Virus record (IMG/VR): IMGVR_UViG_3300046779_001735
Coordinates: 92,621-156,620 of that record
DNA: 64,000 nucleotides
Direction: 5' to 3' (one strand)
Origin: a virus
How positions within the stretch are numbered: the stretch's first letter is position 1; each line of letters begins with the position of its first letter. Under the pieces are notes generated by a model. It saw nothing but the letters and a program-made list of their open reading frames with translations. It was not told the DNA's origin and did no database searches. Below are positions 9,550 through 20,146 of this stretch, piece by piece. Both the position numbers and the translations under genes were made by a program.

Positions 9550-9587
9550 TCGGGGCCTGACTCAATCTTTGCAGGTATAATACGGTT

Positions 9588-9998
9588 ATGGCTTATTCAG
9601 ATCAAGTAGTTGATCATTACGAAAATCCACGCAACGTAGGTAAATTGGATAAAAACGATCCCACAGTGGGTACTGGTTTAGTAGGTGCTCCTGCCTGTGG
9701 GGATGTGCTGCAACTTCAAATCAAAGTAGAAAATGATATTATTACGGATGCGAAATTCAAGACCTACGGCTGCGGCTCGGCGATTGCGTCATCGTCGCTT
9801 GTTACGGAATGGCTTCGTGGGAAAACTCTTGAACAAGCAGGCGAAATTAAGAACACTGAAATTGCGCAAGAACTCGCGCTACCACCTGTTAAAATACATT
9901 GCTCAATTCTTGCCGAGGATGCTATCAAAGCAGCACTAGCGGATTACACTAACAAGCAGAACGAATCTCAGCCAGTCGTAGACCTGACAGGATCTTGA
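9588..9998 (+). CDS. iscU: Fe-S cluster scaffold IscU
   Basis: YSDQVVDHYENPRNVG, GAPACGDV, FKTYGCGSAIASSS, LPPVKIHCS. Confidence 0.97.
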   Translation: MAYSDQVVDHYENPRNVGKLDKNDPTVGTGLVGAPACGDVLQLQIKVENDIITDAKFKTYGCGSAIASSSLVTEWLRGKTLEQAGEIKNTEIAQELALPPVKIHCSILAEDAIKAALADYTNKQNESQPVVDLTGS

Positions 9999-10659
9999 TC
10001 CACATCCACCCTTCGTCAAACTCGTACCATTTCAATGAAAGCCTGGCACTAGCAGGTGATAAATGGTGATTATTATGCAGCTCTTCACCGCCAATAACAA
10101 TACCCCAAGGAAGAATATTTCTAGATTGATCTCGTGTTGTTCCATTTTTATACCCCCACCAGTGTCCTAGACCGTTGATAACTCCCGCTGCCCAAAATGG
10201 TATCCATAGCATTTGAATACCCCATACCAGTAATCCCCACCAACTAAAGAACGCTAGATCAATCAATAACATCACGATGATGCCTAAACCGCTGTGTGGC
10301 GTATAAAGGTTGGCTTCTATCCAGTCGTTGGGTGTTCCTACACCATAATTGTCAATCATGGCAGTGTCTTTGCCCGCTTCAGCATACAACAATGCTCCAC
10401 CAAACAGCACACGCCATATACCAAACACATGTGGGCTGTGCGGGTCTCCGGGCTGATCATCGTGTTGATGATGTTTACGGTGTATAGCTACCCATTGTTT
10501 AGTGACCATACCTGTGGTCAACCAAAGCCAAAAACGCATGAAATGAGCAATCACAGGGTGAAAAACAACAGCTCGATGAGCCTGGCTACGATGTAGATAC
10601 ATTGTAACCGAAAGAATGGTAATGTGTGTCATTACCAAAAGTGAGATTAGTTCTAGCAT
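9949..10659 (-). CDS. Acyl-CoA/fatty acid delta-9 desaturase
   Basis: His boxes LHRSQAH, HRKHH, HNNHH; TM segments; convergent overlap with iscU. Confidence 0.92.
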   Translation of the reverse strand: MLELISLLVMTHITILSVTMYLHRSQAHRAVVFHPVIAHFMRFWLWLTTGMVTKQWVAIHRKHHQHDDQPGDPHSPHVFGIWRVLFGGALLYAEAGKDTAMIDNYGVGTPNDWIEANLYTPHSGLGIIVMLLIDLAFFSWWGLLVWGIQMLWIPFWAAGVINGLGHWWGYKNGTTRDQSRNILPWGIVIGGEELHNNHHLSPASARLSLKWYEFDEGWMWIKILSGLRLAEIRSAC

Positions 10660-10739
10660 TGGTGATATTTAGCTTGAAAAAGCTAGCTAGGTATGTTATC
10701 ATAAGTAGTTGTGTCTCACCTAACTTACTTTTACCTACT

Positions 10740-10874
10740 ATGATACTTGAAATTATGACCTGGGGTTTTTTCAGCGCCTGGGGCTGGTTTGGCGCCAACT
10801 ATATTAAAGATCAAATCTGGCCTGAAAAACCTCCTATAGTTGTCCAAGAGCCCGAGCGGAAGGACAAACAGTAA
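10740..10874 (+). CDS. Small membrane protein
   Basis: MILEIMTWGFFSAWGWFGANYIKD...; TAAGTA at 10702. Confidence 0.5.
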   Translation: MILEIMTWGFFSAWGWFGANYIKDQIWPEKPPIVVQEPERKDKQ

Positions 10875-10878
10875 CATC

Positions 10879-11520
10879 ATGCCCAGCTGTATTGCGTTGT
10901 TTGCTCACCAACCAAGATGTTCAGTACAAAGCATAAACGGGGTAATGCGTGCCCTGGGCACCAATTACCGTTACAAAATATTCACCCGTCATAACCTAGA
11001 GTCCGACTTTTTTGATGACGTGGATATGGTGTGTTTTCCCGGAGGCATCGGCGACAGCGACAGTTGGGACTGGTTAATGAGAGAGCATCGCACACGAGTA
11101 CGTAATTTTGTTCGACGAGGCGGTGCTTACCTAGGAATCTGTATGGGTGCTTATTGGGCTGATTCAGACTACTTTGATATCCTGGATGGTGTGCGAGTGC
11201 AGCAGTACATACGCAGGCCCGGCACTTGTACCCGTAGACCTCATGCCAAGCACATGCCTATAACCTGGCGCGGAAAACCGGATCATATGTATTTTTATGA
11301 CGGTTGTAGCTATGCTGTGTCAAGCACGGTTGATGTGGTAGCACGTTACAGCAACGGCGATCCCATGGCAATCATGCAAGGCAGAATAGGTTTGATAGGT
11401 TGTCATCCTGAAGCCGAACATCATTGGTATCAGGACTACAGCTGGATGCGAAAGCGTTGGGCTGGCACACGATATCATTACCTGCGTGAGTTTGTTGATG
11501 AACTAGGATCAAGAACATGA
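10879..11520 (+). CDS. BPL_N / class I glutamine amidotransferase-like protein
   Basis: FPGGIGDSD, GGAYLGICMGAY and GCHPE (catalytic triad Cys, His, Glu). Confidence 0.8.
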   Translation: MPSCIALFAHQPRCSVQSINGVMRALGTNYRYKIFTRHNLESDFFDDVDMVCFPGGIGDSDSWDWLMREHRTRVRNFVRRGGAYLGICMGAYWADSDYFDILDGVRVQQYIRRPGTCTRRPHAKHMPITWRGKPDHMYFYDGCSYAVSSTVDVVARYSNGDPMAIMQGRIGLIGCHPEAEHHWYQDYSWMRKRWAGTRYHYLREFVDELGSRT

Positions 11521-11843
11521 TTAATTTAACTGAAACAGCAGCTAAAAAAGTACAACAGCAATTAACACGACGTGGCAAAGGTCATGGAATCATGATCGGC
11601 GTGCGTACCACAGGTTGCTCGGGGTTGGCGTATAAATTGGAATATGTAGACAGTCCGCCTGTTACTCGCGATTGGTTCAAGTATCAAAGCAACGGAGTTG
11701 ACGTCTGGGTAAATGGCAAAGATTTACCCTATGTTGATGGTATGACCATGGACTGGCGCAGACAAGGTCTAAACGAAGGATTTGATTTTATCAACCCACA
11801 AGAACGTGACCGCTGTGGTTGCGGAGAAAGTTTTAGAGTTTGA
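11517..11843 (+). CDS. iscA: Fe-S carrier IscA
   Basis: GVRTTGCSGLAY, GLNEGFDFINP, CGCGESF. Confidence 0.95.
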   Translation: MINLTETAAKKVQQQLTRRGKGHGIMIGVRTTGCSGLAYKLEYVDSPPVTRDWFKYQSNGVDVWVNGKDLPYVDGMTMDWRRQGLNEGFDFINPQERDRCGCGESFRV

Positions 11844-12451
11844 ATAATAAAAGATGGCTTGTGAGCGGGCCACCTAGAACTGGTGGACATTTATTGTTAG
11901 GTATAATACAAAGTGCAGGTGTGTTAGCTCTACATACTCACAATCCAAGATACAAAACTTGCAATGACCGACTAGCCACCTTGATCAAGCTACGCAGGCG
12001 AGATATTTTTGCAGCCTTGATGTCAAATTGTCTGGTATGGCACACAGGACAAAGCACAGATTATACCAAGCTTGACATAGAACCGTTTTCAGTACCACTC
12101 AGTCAGTTTGAATTTCATTACGCAGGGCATTTGTATCATCATGCAATTGATGTCAAGGAGGCAAGATTTGGCACTGTGGTTGATATGTATTTTGAAGATT
12201 TTGTCAACAACCACGACCATGCAATGAAATTGCTTGATCTAAAATTGAACGTACTTAAAACTCACAATCAATCAGTAAAAAAATTAGTGCAAAATAAATC
12301 TCCTTATAATTATCGTGACATTGTGTTGAACTACAAAGAGCTGCTGGAGTATTTCACCTGGATGCAATGCCAGGACATAACTACGTTGAATCTTGTAAAT
12401 CCGTTTGATCAGCCCATTGGGCGATCTCAAAAAAAACAAACTTTCTCTTGA
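11840..12451 (+). CDS. Sulfotransferase-like P-loop protein
   Basis: SGPPRTGGHLL 5'-PSB-like loop; RRDIFAALMS; YFEDF. Confidence 0.45.
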   Translation: MNNKRWLVSGPPRTGGHLLLGIIQSAGVLALHTHNPRYKTCNDRLATLIKLRRRDIFAALMSNCLVWHTGQSTDYTKLDIEPFSVPLSQFEFHYAGHLYHHAIDVKEARFGTVVDMYFEDFVNNHDHAMKLLDLKLNVLKTHNQSVKKLVQNKSPYNYRDIVLNYKELLEYFTWMQCQDITTLNLVNPFDQPIGRSQKKQTFS

Positions 12452-12457
12452 ATCATA

Positions 12458-13159
12458 ATGAAAATCATTGTAGGCGACAGCTGGGGTGTAGGTGAGTGGG
12501 GTACCACACACGGCAATTACGCAATCACCGGTCCAGGATTTGCACAGTATCTCAGTCTTAGAGATCAGGTATGTAATCTATCTGTAGGCGGCGCCAGCAA
12601 TGCTGATTGTGTGGCACGCTTAGAAAGTTTCCTACAAAGATACCATTTAGCGCCATCTGATCAGGTGTTTTTTGTAGTCACTGATCCCAAAAGACAACTG
12701 TTGCAACCGGCCTTGATATCCTGGGTACAAAATGTCACAGGCACCCTGCATGAACAAATTGCACACATGCTGCAGAATCAATTACAGATTATTGATGATC
12801 TTGCAGCACACTACAAGATAAAAATAAATCTAATTGCTGGATTTATTGATCTTGTAGGTCTTGATTGGAATCAATATGCAAATCTCAATGTTTTCGTGGA
12901 CAGTTGGATAAGGCTACATGTACCAACTTATCAGCCTAGTATTCTAAACAAGACTTGGTGGCCAGAGATAGGTGAGATCATAAAGCATCATAGGCCTGAC
13001 TTATTAGAGGAATGGATTGAGCTTGGCAATCAAATTAGCAAACGGTGGACTGCTATGAGCTCAAGTTTATTGTTTCAAGAACAAAACATTACCACACGTA
13101 CCGACGGCTTGCACCCCACACGGTATTCACATCAACAGCTGGCTTTGTTATTAGACTAA
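12458..13159 (+). CDS. SGNH-hydrolase-like protein
   Basis: VGDSWG, NLSVGGASN, DGLHP. Confidence 0.6.
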   Translation: MKIIVGDSWGVGEWGTTHGNYAITGPGFAQYLSLRDQVCNLSVGGASNADCVARLESFLQRYHLAPSDQVFFVVTDPKRQLLQPALISWVQNVTGTLHEQIAHMLQNQLQIIDDLAAHYKIKINLIAGFIDLVGLDWNQYANLNVFVDSWIRLHVPTYQPSILNKTWWPEIGEIIKHHRPDLLEEWIELGNQISKRWTAMSSSLLFQEQNITTRTDGLHPTRYSHQQLALLLD

Positions 13160-13878
13160 TGTATAATCCCAACAAGTATCAATACCAACCATTGAGTAGA
13201 CACAGTGACGATGGCAAGCGTGTGTATCAAACTCCTGATGGCAGTCGAGTACCCAGTGTTACAACTGTGCTGGATCGTACCAAACCTGAAGAAGCTCGAC
13301 AAGCTCTACAAAATTGGCGCAATTGTGTAGGCCATCAACAGGCACAGCAGATCACGACCGAAGCTGCCAATCGTGGCACAAAGATGCATGCCTATCTTGA
13401 AAACTACATCAAGGCCGATATGCTGGTAGAAATCCCAGCTAATCCATTCAGCTGGGCAAGTCACGCCATGGCCCGGACTGTGATTGATCAAGGATTCACT
13501 GATCGGATCTCCGAAGTTTATGGTGTAGAAATTCCACTGTATTTCCCCCGACTCTACGCAGGAACCACAGACGGCATAGGCCTACACCTAGGCGAAGAAG
13601 CCATATTGGACTACAAGCAAACCAACAAACCCAAAAAGCGTGAGTGGATTGGGGATTATTTTCTACAGCTCACAGCCTATGCCCTAGCACACAACGAAGT
13701 CTATGGTTCCAAAATCAATAAAGGCGTAGTTTTGATGTGTGTGAAGCCCGAGCAAGATTCTCAGCTTAATATCACAAAGCCTGCACAATATCAAGAATTC
13801 ATACTAGAAGGGGCGGAATTTGATCATTATTGTAACGAGTGGTGGAAGAGGTTGGAGCTCTACTACTTGACCAGCTAA
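13159..13878 (+). CDS. PD-(D/E)XK exonuclease (Cas4/MGME1-like phage exonuclease)
   Basis: PSVTTVL, RGTKMH, YAGTTD, ILDYKQT, QLTAYALA; TAATG-coupled start. Confidence 0.85.
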   Translation: MYNPNKYQYQPLSRHSDDGKRVYQTPDGSRVPSVTTVLDRTKPEEARQALQNWRNCVGHQQAQQITTEAANRGTKMHAYLENYIKADMLVEIPANPFSWASHAMARTVIDQGFTDRISEVYGVEIPLYFPRLYAGTTDGIGLHLGEEAILDYKQTNKPKKREWIGDYFLQLTAYALAHNEVYGSKINKGVVLMCVKPEQDSQLNITKPAQYQEFILEGAEFDHYCNEWWKRLELYYLTS

Positions 13879-13903
13879 ATACAGTCATAACGGGTAAAAA
13901 CAC

Positions 13904-15514
13904 ATGGCTATTGTACAGATTTCACGAATAACTCAACGCAAGGGTCTTGCTACAGATCTACCGCAGCTCAGCGGAGCCGAACTTGGCTATGCTATAGACG
14001 AACGCAGGCTGTTTATTGGCAACGGTACTCTTGAGGAAGGGGCGCCGGTAATTGGTAATACTGAAATCCTCACTGAATTTTCAAACATTTTTGGTTTACA
14101 GGGCACCTATACCTATCAAGGCGAAGCTGGCGGATATGTAGTACAAACTGGACCAAGTGCAGGAGCACCGGTTTCTCAGAGCCTACAGGCCAGACTTGAT
14201 AGTTTTGCTGTGGTAACTGACTTTGGCGCAGTGGGCGATGGTGTTACAGACGACACCGTGGCCATTCAAAGAGCTATGTTTCAGTTGTACTGCAGAAGCA
14301 GTGCTGTAAGTGCTCGCCGCGGTTTGTTTTTCCCTGCTGGTGTATATCTGATATCGGAAACCATTGTGGTTCCACCATTTGCCTATATCTATGGTGAAGG
14401 CCCTGCTAGCACCATAATTCGTATGGATTTGCAAAGTGACGTAAGCAGTCTCAATGCCTATGTGGTACGCACTGGAGACAGTTTATTACAGACCGGAGCG
14501 CAGATTGGTAACAATGGCGCTGTTAGACCACAGCAAATAACCATGGCCAACATGGGCTTTGACAGTTTGCAGGCCATTGACATTGCCTTAGTTGACTGTG
14601 CCGAAGGAGTAAGTTTCCAAAACTGTGCGTTCACTGGGCCTATTACTAGAACCCTATTAAGTACTGGATTTCAAAACAATATATCAGGCATGACCTTTAA
14701 CTCTGCTGGTAGTTTTGTAACCAATGATATTACTATACATGAATGCAGATTTTTTCAAACCACACATGGTATAAAGTGCACCGATGCCACAGAAGCAGTT
14801 TCAGTGGACAGTTGCAACTTTAATACACTGTATGAAGGCATCTACCTAGATACCCTTAACCCAGGAGTGGGTGGCCCTCAGGGTTTCAAAATCACAAACA
14901 ATAACTTTGATGTGGTTTTCCGCAGAGGCATCTTTATCTCTGATGACACCTCAATGTGCGGATCAGTGCACAATAGTTTTTTTGACGTAGCAACAAGTTT
15001 TTCAGGTACACCCACTGATCCTGTCATCAGTTTCAACGCTGTGACCAATTGTAGTCTAGGTGATCTATTTGAGCGAACCACGGTAGCCGTACAAGCCACT
15101 GGATTTCCAAGAATACAAAACAACAATCTTGCGATAGTTTCTATTGACAATGGCCAGGTGCTGAGCCTGGGTAACTATCAACTAGAAGCCGCAGTTGTTA
15201 CCAGTATCCAGGACAATCAAACCAATACCACATTGTTTACCACGGCCTCTGGAGCCAGTGGCAGTGCAATCACAGGCCAATTCAAGGCATTCAATGTGAA
15301 CTATACTTTCAAACGTGGAACTGCGTACAGAACGGGTGTGCTCACCGTGGTGAGTGATCCTTCAATTACCTATAGCGAAGATTACACCGAAAACGCCGCA
15401 ACTGGCTTGACTTTTTCAGCAGTACAGGCTGGCAGCACTGTTACAGTGCGATATTCTACCACAAGCACAGGCACAGGTGGTAGCTTGACATACAATATTG
15501 AACATTTGGCTTGA
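13904..15514 (+). CDS. Tail fibre/spike with pectate-lyase-3-like beta helix
   Basis: N-terminal RITQRKG..LPQL..ELGYAIDERRLFIG; DFGAVGDGVTDDT..FPAGVY; TAAATA at 13876. Confidence 0.75.
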   Translation: MAIVQISRITQRKGLATDLPQLSGAELGYAIDERRLFIGNGTLEEGAPVIGNTEILTEFSNIFGLQGTYTYQGEAGGYVVQTGPSAGAPVSQSLQARLDSFAVVTDFGAVGDGVTDDTVAIQRAMFQLYCRSSAVSARRGLFFPAGVYLISETIVVPPFAYIYGEGPASTIIRMDLQSDVSSLNAYVVRTGDSLLQTGAQIGNNGAVRPQQITMANMGFDSLQAIDIALVDCAEGVSFQNCAFTGPITRTLLSTGFQNNISGMTFNSAGSFVTNDITIHECRFFQTTHGIKCTDATEAVSVDSCNFNTLYEGIYLDTLNPGVGGPQGFKITNNNFDVVFRRGIFISDDTSMCGSVHNSFFDVATSFSGTPTDPVISFNAVTNCSLGDLFERTTVAVQATGFPRIQNNNLAIVSIDNGQVLSLGNYQLEAAVVTSIQDNQTNTTLFTTASGASGSAITGQFKAFNVNYTFKRGTAYRTGVLTVVSDPSITYSEDYTENAATGLTFSAVQAGSTVTVRYSTTSTGTGGSLTYNIEHLA

Positions 15515-15945
15515 AGCAAACAGACGTTTTTGAATCTAGGTTGCAGTCTTGGGCAGATCTTCGCACAAGACTGCGGCAAGACAGCATCTCCACTGCATTA
15601 CAATCTCTTAACTCATGGTGGTTTGAAATTGCCTGGTGCCCGTATCTATTGCACTGGGATGACCAATCTTCTTGGCCTGATCCTTGGGAACTCTTAGAAC
15701 AACAGGCACTATGTGATGTTGCTCGTGGACTGGGAATCATGTATACTATAGCGATGTTAGATCGCGAAGATCTAGGTGATTTTGTGTTGTTTGAGGAAAC
15801 AGAACACAATTTAGTCCTAGTGCGCAGTGAAAAATATATATTGAATTATTCATCAAATGACATCTTAAATACCAGCCTTGAAATTGGTAAAACAAAAAAA
15901 CGCCGTAGTCAAACACTGGCGGACATTAAAACTCGAATAAAGTAA
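15511..15945 (+). CDS. Hypothetical phage protein (WPDPWEL)
   Basis: TTG start overlaps the upstream stop. Confidence 0.55.
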   Translation: MKQTDVFESRLQSWADLRTRLRQDSISTALQSLNSWWFEIAWCPYLLHWDDQSSWPDPWELLEQQALCDVARGLGIMYTIAMLDREDLGDFVLFEETEHNLVLVRSEKYILNYSSNDILNTSLEIGKTKKRRSQTLADIKTRIK

Positions 15946-15948
15946 AAC

Positions 15949-18291
15949 ATGGCGATAATCACAGTAGTCAAACGCGACGGGAGTCGTGTTCCTTTAGCAT
16001 TAGAAAAATGGCAAGCCCAAATTGCCAAGGTCTGTCAAGGCATTGCCGACGTCAGTCAAAGCATGGTTGAAATCAAGGCACAACTGCATTTTTACGATGG
16101 TATCACCACAGAAGAAATTGACGCAGTAACACTGCGTGCCTGTGTGGATCTTATTGATATTGATGCCAATCCTGATGTAGGCCATACCAATTATCAGTAC
16201 GTGGCAGGTAAACAACGTCTCAGTATGTTGCGCAAAGATGTATATGGAAGTTATGAACCTCCACGTTTATACGAGATTGTGCAACGAAATGTTGCTGTGG
16301 GATTGTACACTGCTGACCTGTTGACTTGGTATAGTGAAGCAGAGTGGGACCGCATGCAAGAATTTATTGATCACAGCAAAGATGAACAGTATGGCTATGC
16401 TGCAATTGAACAGTTGATTGAAAAATATCTAGTGCGAAATCGTTCAACAAAAGAAATCTATGAAACTCCACAAATTCGTTACATGGTGGCAGCAGCAACA
16501 GTCTTCCATAGAGAAGAACCCAATTCAGCAAGAATGCGATATATCAGAGAGTATTATACCGCCGCATCTGACGGCTTGTTTACTCTTGCAACACCTGTTT
16601 TGGCTGGTCTTGGCACTCCGACTAAACAGTTTAGTTCTTGTGTTCTTATCCGCAGTGATGACGACCTGGATAGCATTTTTGCTTCAGGAGAAATGATGGC
16701 CAAGTATGCCAGCAAACGTGCTGGCATTGGTTTAGAAATTGGCCGACTGCGTCCATTGGGTAGTCCTATACGTGGTGGCGAGATAATGCACACTGGCATG
16801 GTACCGTTCTTGAAAAAATGGTTTGGTGATTTGCGTAGTTGTTCACAGGGTGGAATACGTAATGCTAGTGCTACTGTTTTCTATCCTATTTGGCATCATC
16901 AGTTTGATGATCTCATTGTTCTCAAGAACAACCAAGGTACAGAAGAAACTAGAGTTAGACACATGGACTACGGGGTGGTACTGTCTGCTTTCTTCTGGAG
17001 AAGATTCAAAAATCGAGAAAACATAACATTCTTTGATCCCAACGAAGTTCCTGACTTGTATGAAGCATTCTACAAAGACATACAACGGTTTGAAGATCTA
17101 TATGTCAAGTACGAAAAAGATCCTAAGCTGCGCAAGAAAACTATCGCAGCAGAAGAAGTTTTTAAGAGTGGCATTCTAAAAGAACGCACAGACACAGGAC
17201 GTATCTATCTTGTGTTTGTTGACAATGTCATGAACCAAGGACCATTTGATCCTGAGTATCACACCATTTACCAGAGTAACCTGTGCTGTGAAATACTTTT
17301 ACCTACTCGGCCTTTTAAGCGTCTTGATGACGACAGTGGTCGCATCGCTCTTTGTACTCTTGGCAGTATTAACTGGGGAGCTTTCCGTAATCCAGAAGAT
17401 ATGCGTCGTGCTTGCCGTATACTCCAGCGTAGTTTGTGCAACATACTAGACTATCAAGATTTCCTAAGCATACAAAGCAAACTCAGCAACGATGAAATCA
17501 GCCCTCTTGGTATTGGTGTTACAAATCTTGCGTACTGGCATGCCAAGCGTGGACTGCAATACGGTGAATCGGATGCATTGCATGAGGTAAAGACCTGGAT
17601 GGAGCATCAGGCATACTACCTCACCGAAGCCACAGTTGAACTGGCTAAAGAACGTGGTCCGTGCGTAGACAGTGATAAAACACGATACGGTCAAGGTGTG
17701 TTTCCTTGGGAACTACGAGCGCCTGGTGTTAATGAACTAACAAATTTTGAGCCTGAATTAGATTGGGAACCTTTACGCAAAGACATGAAACAGCATGGCG
17801 TGCGCAATGCCACTCTAATGGCTATTGCACCAGTGGAGTCAAGTTCTGTGGTTATCAACTCAACCAATGGTATTGAAATGCCCATGAGTTTAATCACTGT
17901 AAAGGAATCCAAAGCAGGCAGTTTTACGCAGGTGGTTCCGGAATATCACAAGTTGAAAAACAAATATCAACTGATGTGGAATCAAACCGACTGTGCAGGC
18001 TATTTGAAAACAGCCGCAGTATTACAAGCCTATGTGGATCAAAGTATTAGCACCAATACTTTTTATAATCCCGCACACTTTTCCAATCGCAAAGTACCAA
18101 CCACACTGATCGCAAAAAATCTCATGCTTGCACATCATTGGGGTATCAAGACTTTTTACTATAGCTTGATTAACAAACATGGAAGCAAGAGTCAAGATGA
18201 CGACCTTGAATCCCTAGAACAATTAAAAAGAGAGTATGAAATGCTAACAGTTGATGAATATGAAGAGGATTGCGAGGCTTGCAAATTATGA
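15949..18291 (+). CDS. nrdA: Ribonucleotide reductase class Ia alpha subunit
   Basis: ATP cone VVKRDG, FSSCVL, QSNLCCEI, ALCTL, C-terminal CEAC; no intein. Confidence 0.98.
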   Translation: MAIITVVKRDGSRVPLALEKWQAQIAKVCQGIADVSQSMVEIKAQLHFYDGITTEEIDAVTLRACVDLIDIDANPDVGHTNYQYVAGKQRLSMLRKDVYGSYEPPRLYEIVQRNVAVGLYTADLLTWYSEAEWDRMQEFIDHSKDEQYGYAAIEQLIEKYLVRNRSTKEIYETPQIRYMVAAATVFHREEPNSARMRYIREYYTAASDGLFTLATPVLAGLGTPTKQFSSCVLIRSDDDLDSIFASGEMMAKYASKRAGIGLEIGRLRPLGSPIRGGEIMHTGMVPFLKKWFGDLRSCSQGGIRNASATVFYPIWHHQFDDLIVLKNNQGTEETRVRHMDYGVVLSAFFWRRFKNRENITFFDPNEVPDLYEAFYKDIQRFEDLYVKYEKDPKLRKKTIAAEEVFKSGILKERTDTGRIYLVFVDNVMNQGPFDPEYHTIYQSNLCCEILLPTRPFKRLDDDSGRIALCTLGSINWGAFRNPEDMRRACRILQRSLCNILDYQDFLSIQSKLSNDEISPLGIGVTNLAYWHAKRGLQYGESDALHEVKTWMEHQAYYLTEATVELAKERGPCVDSDKTRYGQGVFPWELRAPGVNELTNFEPELDWEPLRKDMKQHGVRNATLMAIAPVESSSVVINSTNGIEMPMSLITVKESKAGSFTQVVPEYHKLKNKYQLMWNQTDCAGYLKTAAVLQAYVDQSISTNTFYNPAHFSNRKVPTTLIAKNLMLAHHWGIKTFYYSLINKHGSKSQDDDLESLEQLKREYEMLTVDEYEEDCEACKL

Positions 18292-19400
18292 GCACAGCAC
18301 AATACAATCTAACAAACAAAACAGATTACCTACAACGTAAAATGTTTCTTGATCCAGCTGGACCTGTAACCATTCAACGATTTGAAGAAGTTAAGTACAA
18401 CAAGTTAGTAAAATTTGAACAAGAGGCACGCGGTTTCTTTTGGGTGCCAGAGGAAGTTAATCTAACCAAAGACGCACAAGATTTCAAAGAGTCAAGTGAA
18501 ACTGTGCGTCATATCTTTACCAGTAACTTGCTAAGACAAACTGCTCTTGACAGTCTGCAAGGTCGTGGCCCAAGTCAAATCTTTACGCCTGTTGTAAGTC
18601 TGCCAGAGCTTGAAGCACTGGTTTACAATTGGACATTTTTTGAAACCAATATTCATAGTCGCAGTTACAGCCACATTATTCGTAACATCTACAACGTGCC
18701 CAAGGAAGTGTTTAACACTATCCACGATACCAAAGAGATAGTGGACATGGCATCAAGTGTTGGTAGGTACTATGATAAGCTGCATGCCATCAACTGTATG
18801 AAAGAACTAAGCGAAGTAATGCAAGGCCAGGTCAATGAAGAAGCACACATTGATGCTATTTGGCTAGCACTAAATGCCAGTTATGCGCTGGAAGCATTTC
18901 GCTTTATGGTATCATTTGCCACAAGCCTAGCCATGGTAGAGAACAAGATCTTTATTGGCAACGGCAACATCATCAGTTTGATTTTACAAGATGAAATCCT
19001 GCATCGCGACTGGACTGCATGGTTGATCAATCAAGTGGTCAAAGAGGACAGCAGATTTGCTCGCGCTAAAGAAGAATTGGCCAATCAAGTCTATGGCCTG
19101 TATGCAGATGTTATTCGAGAAGAAAAAGAGTGGGCAGACTATTTGTTCCAAAAAGGTCCTGTGATTGGACTTAATGCAGGCATTCTCAAAGACTTCATGG
19201 ATTTTACAGCATTCAACGCACTGAAAGAAATTGGCATCAAATATCAACAACCTGCTCCACGCAGCACTCCAATCCCTTGGTTTAACAAACATGTGGACAC
19301 ACACAAGAAACAAACTGCACTGCAAGAGAATGAATCAACTAACTATGTTATCGGCGTGATGAGCGACGATATCAGTTACGATGATTTACCAAATTTATAG
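18288..19400 (+). CDS. nrdB: Ribonucleotide reductase class Ia beta subunit
   Basis: FFWVPEE, LDSLQGR, ETNIHSRSY, EAFRFMVSF, DEILH. Confidence 0.97.
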   Translation: MSTAQYNLTNKTDYLQRKMFLDPAGPVTIQRFEEVKYNKLVKFEQEARGFFWVPEEVNLTKDAQDFKESSETVRHIFTSNLLRQTALDSLQGRGPSQIFTPVVSLPELEALVYNWTFFETNIHSRSYSHIIRNIYNVPKEVFNTIHDTKEIVDMASSVGRYYDKLHAINCMKELSEVMQGQVNEEAHIDAIWLALNASYALEAFRFMVSFATSLAMVENKIFIGNGNIISLILQDEILHRDWTAWLINQVVKEDSRFARAKEELANQVYGLYADVIREEKEWADYLFQKGPVIGLNAGILKDFMDFTAFNALKEIGIKYQQPAPRSTPIPWFNKHVDTHKKQTALQENESTNYVIGVMSDDISYDDLPNL

Positions 19401-19412
19401 AACGGGAAAAAC

Positions 19413-19643
19413 ATGAAAGCCGTAGTATGGAGTAAAGACAATTGTGCTTATTGCGACCAGGCCAAGGCCTTGTTAGAACAGCGCGGAATAGAATTTGAAG
19501 AAAGAAAAATTGGACATGGGTACACTCGTGAACAATTATTAGAGAGTGTACCCACTGCACGCAGCGTACCGCAGATTTTTTTAAATGATGAATTCGTCGG
19601 TGGATTCACCGAACTACGACAAAGGTTAAACAATGCAAATTGA
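19413..19643 (+). CDS. Glutaredoxin
   Basis: CAYC, SVPQIF, VGGF. Confidence 0.93.
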   Translation: MKAVVWSKDNCAYCDQAKALLEQRGIEFEERKIGHGYTREQLLESVPTARSVPQIFLNDEFVGGFTELRQRLNNAN

Positions 19644-19932
19644 ATTAAATGAAGTATACAGTATTAAAATAGCCAATGGTGACGAACTTGTAGCCAAGGT
19701 TCTAGCGCAAGATGAAACCACAGTGACCGTCTCTGATCCACTAACTGTGATTCCTGGCCAACATGGTCTGCAACTTATGCCTAGTCTTTTCACAGCGAAT
19801 CCCAAGAGTGCTGTCACTATAAATACGTCTAATATAAGCATGTTGGCATCAGTGATTGACGAAGTACGCGATCGCTATGTTGAAGTCACAACCGGTATAG
19901 CACCAGTGCGCAACAAAATCTTAATGGGCTAG
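19633..19932 (+). CDS. Sm-like fold hypothetical protein
   Basis: SIKIANGDELVAKV pattern found in T4-like phages. Confidence 0.5.
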   Translation: MQIELNEVYSIKIANGDELVAKVLAQDETTVTVSDPLTVIPGQHGLQLMPSLFTANPKSAVTINTSNISMLASVIDEVRDRYVEVTTGIAPVRNKILMG

Positions 19933-19933
19933 T

Positions 19934-20146
19934 ATGCACAGATTTGTTGTCATGCGGCGTGGTAAGTTAGAAACATACCATGATTATGATACGATACCGC
20001 GTGACTTTGATCATGTGATTGAGTTTGTGCCAGAAATACCGCCCGAGCCACACACTGATCAACAGCACCAAGAAATTAATAGCTGGAATGACAAAATGCA
20101 AGAACTCATGAGGATAGAACATGCCCGCAGTAGCTCGACAAGGTGA
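19934..20146 (+). CDS. Hypothetical protein upstream of PAAR
   Basis: FDHVIEFVPEIPPEPHT. Confidence 0.6.
   Translation: MHRFVVMRRGKLETYHDYDTIPRDFDHVIEFVPEIPPEPHTDQQHQEINSWNDKMQELMRIEHARSSSTR

Noticed and set aside
9546-9565. IscR site upstream of iscU
   Set aside because: AGTCGG-GGC-CTGACT has the half-sites in the wrong order for the IscR type-1 motif; more likely a small hairpin.
13159-13878. Cas4 of a CRISPR system
   Set aside because: It lacks the four-Cys Fe-S arrangement and any cas context; it fits a stand-alone phage exonuclease.
15949-19400. Introns or inteins in nrdA/nrdB
   Set aside because: Both ORFs are continuous and of normal length.
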